Positions 46,498-54,969 of a stretch of 64,000 bases of DNA are shown in pieces. The notes under the pieces are model-generated. The model saw nothing but the letters and a program-made list of their open reading frames with translations, was not told where the DNA came from and searched no databases. Position numbers and translations under genes: made by a program. The first letter of the stretch is position 1. Every line of letters begins with the position of its first letter. The stretch is from Longimicrobium sp. (GTDB taxonomy: Bacteria > Gemmatimonadota > Gemmatimonadetes > Longimicrobiales > Longimicrobiaceae): assembly GCF_036399935.1 (NCBI RefSeq), contig NZ_DASWMD010000058.1:1-64000 (forward strand). The letters are read 5' to 3'.

Positions 46498-48534
46498 TCA
46501 CGGCACGCCAGCTGGCCGGAATGCCGGGAAGGTGCGGCCGATGTACGACGCCACTCCCGTCGTGCGTTCGGCCGCAGCATCCGCGCTCAGCGCAGCGGCG
46601 AGCGCGCGGCGCATCCCGGGCTCATCCCCTTCGCCTTGCGCGATGTGCGCAAGCCGCACGTACAGCCAGGGGAGCGAATCGTCGCTCCGCGTGGGACTTG
46701 CCAGCGCCTGCGCGAACTGCTGCCTCGCCGTGGCCGCGTCCTGACCGAAAAACGCGAGCGTGCCAAGCAGGTAATGCGCTCCGAAACGGGTGGCGTACAG
46801 GTCCGGCTCTGGAACGTCGTGGAGCATTCGCTCGAGTTCCGCCTTCGCGGATGCCACGTCCTGGCGGAACATCGCAAAAACGTAGGCCCGCATGCCGCCG
46901 GCATTCGCGCGTGCCTCGCCCAGCAGCGCCGGGTCCCAGCGCGGAACCAGGCTTTCGGGATCCAACTCCACGGACAGCACCGGCGCCGGCACCCTGATGC
47001 GGAAGGGCGTCGACTCTCCTCGAATGCGGATGTTTCGTGTGACCGCTCCACCCTCGAACGTCACCTGGACAGGAAGCTCCAGGTCGTACGCCGGGCCCTC
47101 CTGACGTATCGTGCCCTGCACCGACCGGCCCGCTCGCCTCCATTCCAGCGTCGGCTGCGGAAGCCCGGAGCGCTCGTACCACTGTGTCCAGAAGGTGCCC
47201 AGATCCCGTCCCGCGCCACGTTCCACCGCAGCCTTCCACTGCGGCCAGGTGACCTGCTCACCCGCGTGATCGCGGACGAACCGCTGGAGCACCGCGCGAA
47301 ACCTCTCCCGCCCGACCGCGCGCGCCAGCACCTCGTGGGCGAGAAAGCCCTTTCCATCGGCTATATCGTGCGAAACGTGGGCAAGGAACCCGGTGTCCGG
47401 CAACGCGTCGAGGGGAAAGTCGAACCCGGATTGGGCCAGGTAGGCGTAGCCGCGCAGCCCATGCGTGAACGACATCCCCGGGTAGCCCAGCCTCCGGAAC
47501 GACCGGGCGGCCGCGGGGCCCTCCATCACCTCCACGACGCGCAGAGCGCCGTACTGGGCCATGGCCTCGTCCAGAAGATAGCTGCCGCGCTCGCCGCGGT
47601 GCCGCACGGCAATCCCCCACCACTGGTGCCCCACTTCGTGCGCAAAGAAGCCCATGTTGAACGGCTCTTCCAGGTAGGTCTCGGTGGAGAGGATGAATCC
47701 GTCCAGGCTCGCGCCGTCGAATCCGGCGGCCCCCGCCTGTGCGGCCGGCGCCTCCGCGAGCGAAAACGCACCCCCCGGCAACGGGCCGAACTCCTCCACC
47801 AGCGCGTCGACCACCTCGCCCAGCCGCTGGGCGAGCGCGTTCACGTTGGTCCGCCGCTTCAGCGAGTATACCGTGATCGGCCGCGCACCGCCTGCGTGAT
47901 CGACGTAGTACCGCGCCGCCGCGAAGGCGAACTCGGCGGGGCGGTCCACCACGAACGAAAAGACCCCTGCTCGGCCCTCGTCCGCTCCGCCGGCCCTGCG
48001 GCCAGTGGACACGACCGTGACGCCCCCGGGCACCTGGAAGCGCAGGGTGCCGGTGCCGGTTCCATCACCCCACTTCGGATACCACGTGGCGCCGGCGAAC
48101 GAGCCCTCTTCACCCAGATACAGCAGGAACCCGGGCGTTTCGCCCCCCGCGTACGAAAACCGCAGCCGCACCGGCTCGTCGGGCGGAAACGGCGCCCGCG
48201 GCGCGACGATCCACGTCGGGGGCTTTCCATCGGCCACCCGGCGCGTCAGCGTGGCCGGGCCCGCGCTCCGGTCGGGGGAGAGCACCTCCACCTGCAGGCT
48301 GTCGAACTCCGCCCGCAGGCGAAGCTCGACGGTGTCGCGGGATGCCGCTGCCGCGGGGAGGCGAAGGATCCCCCGGGCCTGAAGCCGGTGCGCGGCCGGA
48401 TCCAGTGCCACCTCCAATTCGTAATGGGGAGACGCCGCCGGGGCGCCGGCCGCCTCCTGCGCATGGCCGCCACCCGCAAGAACCCCGGATAGCAGCGTGG
48501 CTGCGAGGTAGGCGGCTGGTCGCGGGTCGTACAT
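46498..48534 (-). CDS. M1-family zinc metallopeptidase (aminopeptidase N-like), secreted
   Basis: Signal peptide MYDPRPAAYLAATLLSGVLAGG. HEVGHQWWG zinc motif plus the downstream LLDEAMAQYG Glu. Helical/TPR-like C-terminus. Confidence 0.85.
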   Translation of the reverse strand: MYDPRPAAYLAATLLSGVLAGGGHAQEAAGAPAASPHYELEVALDPAAHRLQARGILRLPAAAASRDTVELRLRAEFDSLQVEVLSPDRSAGPATLTRRVADGKPPTWIVAPRAPFPPDEPVRLRFSYAGGETPGFLLYLGEEGSFAGATWYPKWGDGTGTGTLRFQVPGGVTVVSTGRRAGGADEGRAGVFSFVVDRPAEFAFAAARYYVDHAGGARPITVYSLKRRTNVNALAQRLGEVVDALVEEFGPLPGGAFSLAEAPAAQAGAAGFDGASLDGFILSTETYLEEPFNMGFFAHEVGHQWWGIAVRHRGERGSYLLDEAMAQYGALRVVEVMEGPAAARSFRRLGYPGMSFTHGLRGYAYLAQSGFDFPLDALPDTGFLAHVSHDIADGKGFLAHEVLARAVGRERFRAVLQRFVRDHAGEQVTWPQWKAAVERGAGRDLGTFWTQWYERSGLPQPTLEWRRAGRSVQGTIRQEGPAYDLELPVQVTFEGGAVTRNIRIRGESTPFRIRVPAPVLSVELDPESLVPRWDPALLGEARANAGGMRAYVFAMFRQDVASAKAELERMLHDVPEPDLYATRFGAHYLLGTLAFFGQDAATARQQFAQALASPTRSDDSLPWLYVRLAHIAQGEGDEPGMRRALAAALSADAAAERTTGVASYIGRTFPAFRPAGVP

Positions 48535-48666
48535 TCGTGAGCCTGGGTGCGGGAGGGTAGAGGCCGAAGGTCGCGGAATCATACGCAGCCGAACGGCCTC
48601 GTGTATTGAACGGATCTGCGTTACGTTGAACGATCCGCAGGTTCTCGCTCCCTCGTAGCGTTTCTC

Positions 48667-49473
48667 ATGAGCATCTGCCTCGAGCCCGGGCGCTTCTACG
48701 GCAGCAGCGCCGCCTCCAACAGCCCCGCGGGCCTGATCCTGACGGAGACGGCGTACGCCGGGGGGGCGGCGATTCCGCGGCATTCGCACGCGGCACCTTA
48801 TCTTTGCCTGGTGGTTAGCGGGTTCTACGAGGAGAGCTGCGGAACGCGCACTGAGTCGTGCTCCCCTGGCGCGCTGATCTTCCATCCCTCGGATTCGGCA
48901 CACTCCGATCGGTTCCACGGCTCGGGCGGAATCTGCTTCAACATCCAGTTCGGCCCGGACTGGACCGACCGGCTCAAAGATTCGGGGTTGCGCGCGATGT
49001 CGTGGGGACCGGTGCCCGGCGCGGCCGCCTCGCTCGCCGGGAGGGTGCGGCGCGAAGCCTGGAATTCGGATGCGCTTTCCGGGATCGCGATTGAGAGTCT
49101 GGTGCTCTCCATCCTGGTGGATGTCGGGCGGCGAAGAGAGCCCCCGCGTCCCTCCCTGCAGCCGGTGTGGATCCGGCGGGCACGGGAACGCCTCACGGAC
49201 GAGTTCCGCGCCCCACCGTCGGTGTCGGCTCTCGCCGAGGAGGCGGGCGTGCATCCGGGGCACTTCACGCGTGCGTTTCGCGCCCACACGGGACTCACCC
49301 CCGGCGAGTACGCCCGCGCCATACGGGTAGACCGCGCGAAGCTGCTGCTGGCGGGCGATCAATCGCTCTGCGCGATCGCCCTGGAGCTGGGGTACGCGGA
49401 CCAGGCCCACTTCACGCGTCAGTTCCGCTCCGTGGTCGGCACCCCGCCCGGCGCGTACCGCCGTTCGCTTTGA
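48667..49473 (+). CDS. AraC-family transcriptional regulator (cupin + HTH_18)
   Basis: C-terminal LAEEAGVHPGHFTRAFRAHTGLTPGEYAR...AIALELGYADQAHFTRQFRSVVGTPP. Confidence 0.8.
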   Translation: MSICLEPGRFYGSSAASNSPAGLILTETAYAGGAAIPRHSHAAPYLCLVVSGFYEESCGTRTESCSPGALIFHPSDSAHSDRFHGSGGICFNIQFGPDWTDRLKDSGLRAMSWGPVPGAAASLAGRVRREAWNSDALSGIAIESLVLSILVDVGRRREPPRPSLQPVWIRRARERLTDEFRAPPSVSALAEEAGVHPGHFTRAFRAHTGLTPGEYARAIRVDRAKLLLAGDQSLCAIALELGYADQAHFTRQFRSVVGTPPGAYRRSL

Positions 49474-49576
49474 CCGCGGGAGAGGCGGGTAAGCAGCGCG
49501 GTGCCGGGCTCTCATCGACCCCCGTACGCCACGCCAGCATCGATACGACGTTGAGATGCGACAACGAAAAGAGAGC

Positions 49577-49660
49577 CCCCGGCACGCCGGAGACCCTCCC
49601 TGTCCATCCGTCACCCCGCCCGCAGCCCGCCCGGGCTGACCTCGCCAGCCCGCACCCGGC
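49577..49660. repeat. About 80-bp intergenic repeat, copy 2
   Basis: See 46293..46375. Confidence 0.55.
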
Positions 49661-49676
49661 GCAGCTCGCCCCTGAG

Positions 49677-49982
49677 GTGAGAGAGCAGCTGGCGCGGCAA
49701 TTCGACGTCGATGCGCTGGAGGAACTCCTCGGCACCATGCCGGTGGAGGAGCGAACCCGGGTACTTGAATCGTTCGGAGTGGTTCCCGACGCCGGTCCGC
49801 ACATTGAGACGAAACAGGTCTCGATCATGGTGGGGTCGTCGGACCCGGCCCGGCAGGCGCTGCTCGACCGTATTTGGGCGCCGTTCTGGGACACGCTGCC
49901 GCCCGAGTCCCTGGACAGTGCCGACCTTCCCTACCCCGGGCGAGAGCTGGCCCGGCTCTGGCGCTCGAGACAATCGCCCTGA
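49677..49982 (+). CDS. Hypothetical small protein (about 100 aa)
   Basis: About 80% G/C at codon third positions in this frame. GTG start overlapping a GAGG. Follows repeat copy 2. Weak evidence. Confidence 0.3.
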   Translation: MREQLARQFDVDALEELLGTMPVEERTRVLESFGVVPDAGPHIETKQVSIMVGSSDPARQALLDRIWAPFWDTLPPESLDSADLPYPGRELARLWRSRQSP

Positions 49983-50017
49983 GCCGGCCGAATGGCGGAT
50001 CTTGGATGCGGCATGGG

Positions 50018-51202
50018 TCAACGGCTGCACTCGACGGCGTAGACGGCTTTGTAGCCCACGAAGTACACCCGCGCGCCATGTGAGAGCAGCCGCGAAACGA
50101 CGAATGCATCCGGCTGAACATAGCCCCACTCGTCAAGGAACAGGGCCGCCTCCTGCTTGCCGCTCGACCGGTTGAACATGTGCAGCGAGCCCGCCGCCGC
50201 GAACATGTAGTTGCCGCACACCGCCGAAGAATTGGCGCTGGCCCGCATGTCGTGCTTCCAGTGGATTTGCCCGGTTTCGGGATCGAAGGCGTACGCGTAC
50301 GTGTCGTTGGATGCCAGGTACGCAATCCCGTCCACCACCTTGAACACGTCCCACGCCCCCAGGCGGTTCGCCGGCCCGACCCGACGCCACACCTCCTTGG
50401 CGGTGAACCGGTCCAATCCAAAGAAGGCGCCCCCGTTGAGATCGTTCACCAGGAGCATGCGGCCGGCGACGGCGTGCCGGCCTGCATCGTGAGGCTCGCC
50501 GCTCCGCTCGTTCACGTAGCGCCACAGGACCGTGCCGTCATTGCGGTCCACCGCGACGATCCACCCGCGCTTCAGATGACCCGTAGGAGACGTCTCCTCC
50601 ACGAGCGAGACATACAGCGAATCGCCATGAGCGACGATGCCGGTAACGACGGTGCGGTACGGCCCGCCGGGCAGCACCTCCACCGACCACCGCGGCTGCC
50701 CCGTGGCAACATCGAGGGCGTATACCCGTCGAGAATCGGTGCCGATGTAAAAAGCCCGCTCATCGACCGCGCTTACCGCCGTTGCCGAGGTGTCGGGGGT
50801 GAATGTCCACAGTTCGGCACCCGTAGCCGCGTTCAATGCGCGTGCGACGTGCGAGGATGTGAAAACCCGCCCGTCCCGGGCGACCACGTTGAACGGCGCG
50901 AGACCCAGCCCGGGCGGAGCCGCAGCTCCAGGCGTGTGCCAGATCTTCGCGCCGGTGCCAAGATGGAAGGCCGCGACTCCCTTCGATACCACGTACAAGC
51001 GCTCCCCGTCGGCGGCAATCCCGTGCAGTGCGGGGGTTCCGCCGCTCTCCGTGTCCAGCGGGGTGCGCCACGCCACGGGAATGCTGTCGCTGACAACGGG
51101 ACGAGCGGGGTCGGCGACGCAGCCAGGTCCCACGAACAGAGCCGCAACCAGCAGGCTGCACGGTGCGAGTAGCTTGATGTTCATCGAGGCCTTCACGTTC
51201 AT
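50018..51202 (-). CDS. PQQ-like beta-propeller repeat lipoprotein (BamB-like fold)
   Basis: Signal peptide MNIKLLAPCSLLVAALFVGPGC. Repeated TG(A/Q)xxW motifs (TGAELWTF, TGQPRWSV, DGTVLWRY, TGQIHWKH). Confidence 0.75.
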   Translation of the reverse strand: MNVKASMNIKLLAPCSLLVAALFVGPGCVADPARPVVSDSIPVAWRTPLDTESGGTPALHGIAADGERLYVVSKGVAAFHLGTGAKIWHTPGAAAPPGLGLAPFNVVARDGRVFTSSHVARALNAATGAELWTFTPDTSATAVSAVDERAFYIGTDSRRVYALDVATGQPRWSVEVLPGGPYRTVVTGIVAHGDSLYVSLVEETSPTGHLKRGWIVAVDRNDGTVLWRYVNERSGEPHDAGRHAVAGRMLLVNDLNGGAFFGLDRFTAKEVWRRVGPANRLGAWDVFKVVDGIAYLASNDTYAYAFDPETGQIHWKHDMRASANSSAVCGNYMFAAAGSLHMFNRSSGKQEAALFLDEWGYVQPDAFVVSRLLSHGARVYFVGYKAVYAVECSR

Positions 51203-53100
51203 TGGCGGATCGGAACAGCGAAGAGGTCGGAAGCGCCGAGCGCAGCTTCCAATTCCCTCCAGACGAAATCGCTGCGGGTGGTGCCAACGTGGGAATCGCC
51301 ATTCTGGATCAGCCGGTTGCGCATGGCGCGGGGATACACCTGCCCCGAGCCGTGGATGAACCCGTCGCTGGGGATGCGGCCCGGCGCCGTGAACGCGTGC
51401 CACGTGGCGTCGGCGCCGTTCATCGCCAGAATCGCCGCGAGGGCGGGTACCAACTGCCATGGCCGGTACCAGAACTGCGCATAATGCCGGTGGCGATCGT
51501 ACGCCTCCTGGATCCGGCGCGCTACGGCCCGCTCGCCACACGACGATTCCGGTGGGCAGTCGCTTGGGGTCCAGAAGATCCGCCACGCGACCCAGCGCTT
51601 GGGCGTATGCGTCTGAATACCCACGCGCGTGAAGCTCTCGTTGAAGCCGTTCGTGCGATTGAGAAACGGGCTGTACGGCACGTCGTCCTCGTAGAACGGA
51701 TGCCACAAGAGCAGGTCGGGGACCATCCCGATGTTGAAAAGGGCAACTTCCAGCACCTGGACGTTGATGGCCACGATCGCACCCTGGTTGGGGCTGTCCA
51801 GCGTCACCACGCCCCGGACACTCCCCGGCCGGTTCACCTCCGCCCACTGGGCGAGCGAGCGCAAGACCAGACCGCCGTTGCTGTGCCCGATGAGGATCGT
51901 CTGATTGCCCGTGGTGGGCAGGTAGGGCAGGACTTCCTCCCGCTGCGACGGGATCGAAGGGCGCCAATTGATGCTAGGCCGAATGTGCGCGTTCGTCTGG
52001 AACCCGCAGCGGACCCACCCATCCATTCTCAACCACGCATCGCCACTACTCCGGATTCCGTGCTGAAAGAGCACGTTCACCCCGGAAGCCGCCGGCGGGC
52101 AGGGATCCGCGGGGGGCGCTGGCGGCGGCTCCTCCTCCGGCCCGCAGGGCGAGCCGTCATCCGGGCAGATTTCGAACGACAGCGGCGTAATGGTATTGCG
52201 CGCGGGCCGCGAGCCGCGCTTCTCCCGCCGTTCACGATCCTTTTGCGGGTTCTCGTGAAAGCGCAGCATGCGAAGCCGGTTCACCTGCCGCTGCCGCACC
52301 CGGCCGGCAGGCGAGTTGTGGCTGGTGGTGACCTCTACCTGCTCGAGGACGTACCTGGGCCCACGCCGGCGAAACGTGCGCACCACTTCCCCGTGCTGCT
52401 GCACCTGCTCGGCATTTTTGGCCGGGCGGCCCAGCCCGATCTCCTCTGGAGCAAGTCCGTTGGTGATCTGGATCTCGTCGGGCCGGGGCCGCTTGATCAC
52501 GGCTCGTGGGCCCGCCGCGGCGGCAAGCGGCTCCGCGGCCGGAGAGAGCGCGTCCAGCGTGTCGATGGCGGCCGCCTCCAGCACCAATCCGTCCGTGATC
52601 TGCTCGTGCGACGGGCCCGCGCCCACCGCCTGCATCGCCTGCAGTTCGTTCGACACCGGCTGGCGGTACGCGTCGTACCGCGTGAGGTAATCCCCTACGC
52701 TTCGCGTGCGTCGCGTCAGGTTCACCGGGGTGGTGAGCGGATCCTCCAGCGGATCCGTCTGGTCCAGCACCTGGATGATCCTTCCATAGGCGTCGTAGCC
52801 ACCCTCGATGCGCTGCGTTTCCGGGACGTGATACGCCACGAGCTGGTTGGATACCGCACCGGTGACCGGGTCGGTGATGGGCCGCTCCGAATCGATGGTG
52901 GTGCTGCCCTCCTGGTACAGTTCGGCCAGGTAGTACGTGTCGGCCTGGTCGATGTCGGGGTCGGGCTGAATCGTCGCCGATGGACGGGTGTTCTCCGGCC
53001 CGATCAGGGCACCATCGCCGGGGCCGTCGTTGCATGCGGCGGCGAGGATGCCTGCGAGCGCGAGCAGCCGGGCTGCGCGCCTCCGATGAAGACTTCGCAT
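51199..53100 (-). CDS. Lipoprotein with C-terminal alpha/beta-hydrolase (lipase/esterase-like) domain
   Basis: Lipobox LLALAGILAAAC. ILIGHSNGGLVLRSL (GHSxG nucleophile elbow). ATGA overlap with the downstream propeller gene. Confidence 0.7.
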   Translation of the reverse strand: MRSLHRRRAARLLALAGILAAACNDGPGDGALIGPENTRPSATIQPDPDIDQADTYYLAELYQEGSTTIDSERPITDPVTGAVSNQLVAYHVPETQRIEGGYDAYGRIIQVLDQTDPLEDPLTTPVNLTRRTRSVGDYLTRYDAYRQPVSNELQAMQAVGAGPSHEQITDGLVLEAAAIDTLDALSPAAEPLAAAAGPRAVIKRPRPDEIQITNGLAPEEIGLGRPAKNAEQVQQHGEVVRTFRRRGPRYVLEQVEVTTSHNSPAGRVRQRQVNRLRMLRFHENPQKDRERREKRGSRPARNTITPLSFEICPDDGSPCGPEEEPPPAPPADPCPPAASGVNVLFQHGIRSSGDAWLRMDGWVRCGFQTNAHIRPSINWRPSIPSQREEVLPYLPTTGNQTILIGHSNGGLVLRSLAQWAEVNRPGSVRGVVTLDSPNQGAIVAINVQVLEVALFNIGMVPDLLLWHPFYEDDVPYSPFLNRTNGFNESFTRVGIQTHTPKRWVAWRIFWTPSDCPPESSCGERAVARRIQEAYDRHRHYAQFWYRPWQLVPALAAILAMNGADATWHAFTAPGRIPSDGFIHGSGQVYPRAMRNRLIQNGDSHVGTTRSDFVWRELEAALGASDLFAVPIRQ

Positions 53101-53276
53101 TGTGGGGTGCTCCGGGCCAAAGCGAGGGAGAGATAAAAGCGGAAGGCGGGCGTATGTTTCGCGCCGGAAACAAGAGTAGCACCCTTTGCCCGGACCAACA
53201 AGAACTTCGAAGGACGCTCGGTACGGCGTTCCTCGTGGACCGTCTCAGCCCGGTATCCGTCGCACCTGTGCCTTAG

Positions 53277-53468
53277 CTACGTGCGCGAGCGTCGCGGGTG
53301 GGAGCCGGCGCAGGTGGCCGCGGCCCGCGCCCTGCTGTCCGACCTTCCCCGATCGAAGAAGACGCGGGCCTCGCCGTGCGGGCCGACTCGCTGGAATTTA
53401 TCTACCCCACTGCGCGCCAGCCCCCGCCCGGCCGGCTGGCGCTGGTCCCCAGGCACCCGTGGCAAGCC
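53277..53468 (+). pseudogene. Frameshifted 3' fragment of the small HTH-family gene (copy of 35923..36112)
   Basis: About 85% nucleotide identity to the 3' half of 35744..36112. The reading frame is broken after ...KTRA. There is no 5' half. Confidence 0.6.
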
Positions 53469-53594
53469 GGCCCAGGCCTGTAGCCTCGCCCCTTTTCACG
53501 AGAAGCTTGCAACACGATGGTAGCAGCTTTATCATGCGGATGCGGCACCCACAAACCGCCGCAAAATGTACACACTTCTACTGCGAGGTGAACA

Positions 53595-53765
53595 ATGGAG
53601 TGCCTGAACTTCCTGCAGGGGCCGCTGGCCAGCCAACACCTGGAAGGCACGCGCGGCGCCGTCGCCCACCTGGGGTTCGTGGCCCAGGCGATGGCCACGC
53701 AGTCCAAGTGCCCCAACTGCTGCGTCTCGAACTCGGGGGGATGCACCGCCCCGTGTGGCGAGTAG
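53595..53765 (+). CDS. Candidate lanthipeptide precursor (56 aa)
   Basis: GAGGTG Shine-Dalgarno 6 nt upstream of the ATG. Sequence MECLNFLQGPLASQHLEGTRGAVAHLGFVAQAMA-TQSKCPNCCVSNSGGCTAPCGE. The C-terminal 22 residues hold 5 Cys and 5 Ser/Thr. A modification kinase and a LanC-like gene follow directly. Confidence 0.6.
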   Translation: MECLNFLQGPLASQHLEGTRGAVAHLGFVAQAMATQSKCPNCCVSNSGGCTAPCGE

Positions 53766-53774
53766 CAGTCCCGG

Positions 53775-53804
53775 CGAGCGGCCCGGCATCCGCCGGGCCG
53801 CTCG
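53775..53804 (+). terminator. Perfect 13-bp-stem hairpin between precursor and kinase genes (attenuator candidate)
   Basis: CGAGCGGCCCGGC-atcc-GCCGGGCCGCTCG, 10 nt after the precursor stop. No U-tract follows. Confidence 0.5.
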
Positions 53805-53877
53805 TGATCCCATGCCCCCTCGGCGCCCCCCTGCCCAACGCCGTCTCAGGACGCGAAGTCCATACGAGGTCCCGCGC

Positions 53878-54969
53878 ATGCTGCTGTCCAGCTCGCAGGT
53901 GGTTACCTACCTCCTGGAACACCGCTTTCTTTCCCCCGCGCAGGTGGTGGAGGGCGGGGTGCTCGTGGAGGACGTCTCGCGCCGCAACCGCAACTTCCGC
54001 GTGGTACCCGCCGAAGGGACGGCCTTTCTCGTGAAGCAGGCGGCGTACGCCGAAACCGCGGGCTCGGTGGCGCGCGAGGCGCAGGTCTACCGCATGCTGG
54101 CCGGGCTTCCACGCGGCCGCACGCTGGGTCGCAGCCTTCCCCGCTGCTTCGGGTACGACGACGGCGCCGGAGTGCTGGTGCTGGAACTCCTTCCCGGAGT
54201 GCAGGACCTGCGGCAGTACCACGTGCTCCGCCGCCACTTCCCCGTACGCGTAGCGCGGGCCGTGGGAAAGGCCCTGGGAACCCTGCACCGCACCACCCGC
54301 GGGCTCGCCGGGCCGGCGGAGGACAGCCGCCCCGGCTGGGCGCTCTCGCTGCACCTTCCCGGTCCACGCTTCCTGCAGACCGCCAGCGCCGCCAACGCGC
54401 AGCTGGTGCGGATCATCCAGCAGTACGGCGAGTTCACCGCGCTCCTGGACGAGGCGCGCGCCGGGTGGCGGCCCGAGGCGCTGATCCACCACGACATCAA
54501 GTGGGACAACCTGCTGGTGCGTGCCCCGGGCGGCGGCGCGCTCAAGATGATCGACTGGGAGCTGGCCCGGTACGGAGACCCCTGCTGGGACGTGGGATCG
54601 GCGTTCAACGACTACCTGACGTTCTGGCTGCACTCGGTACCCATCACCGGCGAAATTCCGCCCGAGCGCTTTCTGGAGCTCACCTGGTGCCCGCTGGAGC
54701 GCATGCACCCCGCGTTGCGCGCCCTGTGGGATGCCTACCTGCGCGAGACCGGCGCCGACGCGGCACAGGCGGCCGAGTGGCTTCCGCGCGCGGTGCGCTA
54801 CACCGGGGTGCGCCTGGTGCAGACCGCCTACGAGCAGATGCAGTCGTCGCTGGCGCTCACCGGCAACGTGGTGTGCATGCTCCAGCTGGCATGGAACCTC
54901 CTCCGCCGCCCGGCCGAGGCGGCCGGGACCCTCCTGGGGCTGGGCCTCCGCGAAAGGCTGGCCGCATGA
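53878..54969 (+). CDS. Stand-alone APH/protein-kinase-fold kinase (lanthipeptide LanK-like)
   Basis: GAGG Shine-Dalgarno. Catalytic loop IHHDIKWDNLLV (HxDxxxxN). IDWELARYGDPCWDVGS (the APH-family DFG-equivalent). 363 aa. ATGA-coupled to the next gene. Confidence 0.75.
   Translation: MLLSSSQVVTYLLEHRFLSPAQVVEGGVLVEDVSRRNRNFRVVPAEGTAFLVKQAAYAETAGSVAREAQVYRMLAGLPRGRTLGRSLPRCFGYDDGAGVLVLELLPGVQDLRQYHVLRRHFPVRVARAVGKALGTLHRTTRGLAGPAEDSRPGWALSLHLPGPRFLQTASAANAQLVRIIQQYGEFTALLDEARAGWRPEALIHHDIKWDNLLVRAPGGGALKMIDWELARYGDPCWDVGSAFNDYLTFWLHSVPITGEIPPERFLELTWCPLERMHPALRALWDAYLRETGADAAQAAEWLPRAVRYTGVRLVQTAYEQMQSSLALTGNVVCMLQLAWNLLRRPAEAAGTLLGLGLRERLAA

Noticed and set aside
49611-50129. Minus-strand ORF 49611..50129 (172 aa) overlapping the proposed 49677..49982 (+) gene
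   Set aside because: The plus frame has about 80% G/C at third codon positions and non-repetitive composition. The minus-strand translation is Arg/Gly-rich. Both remain weak.
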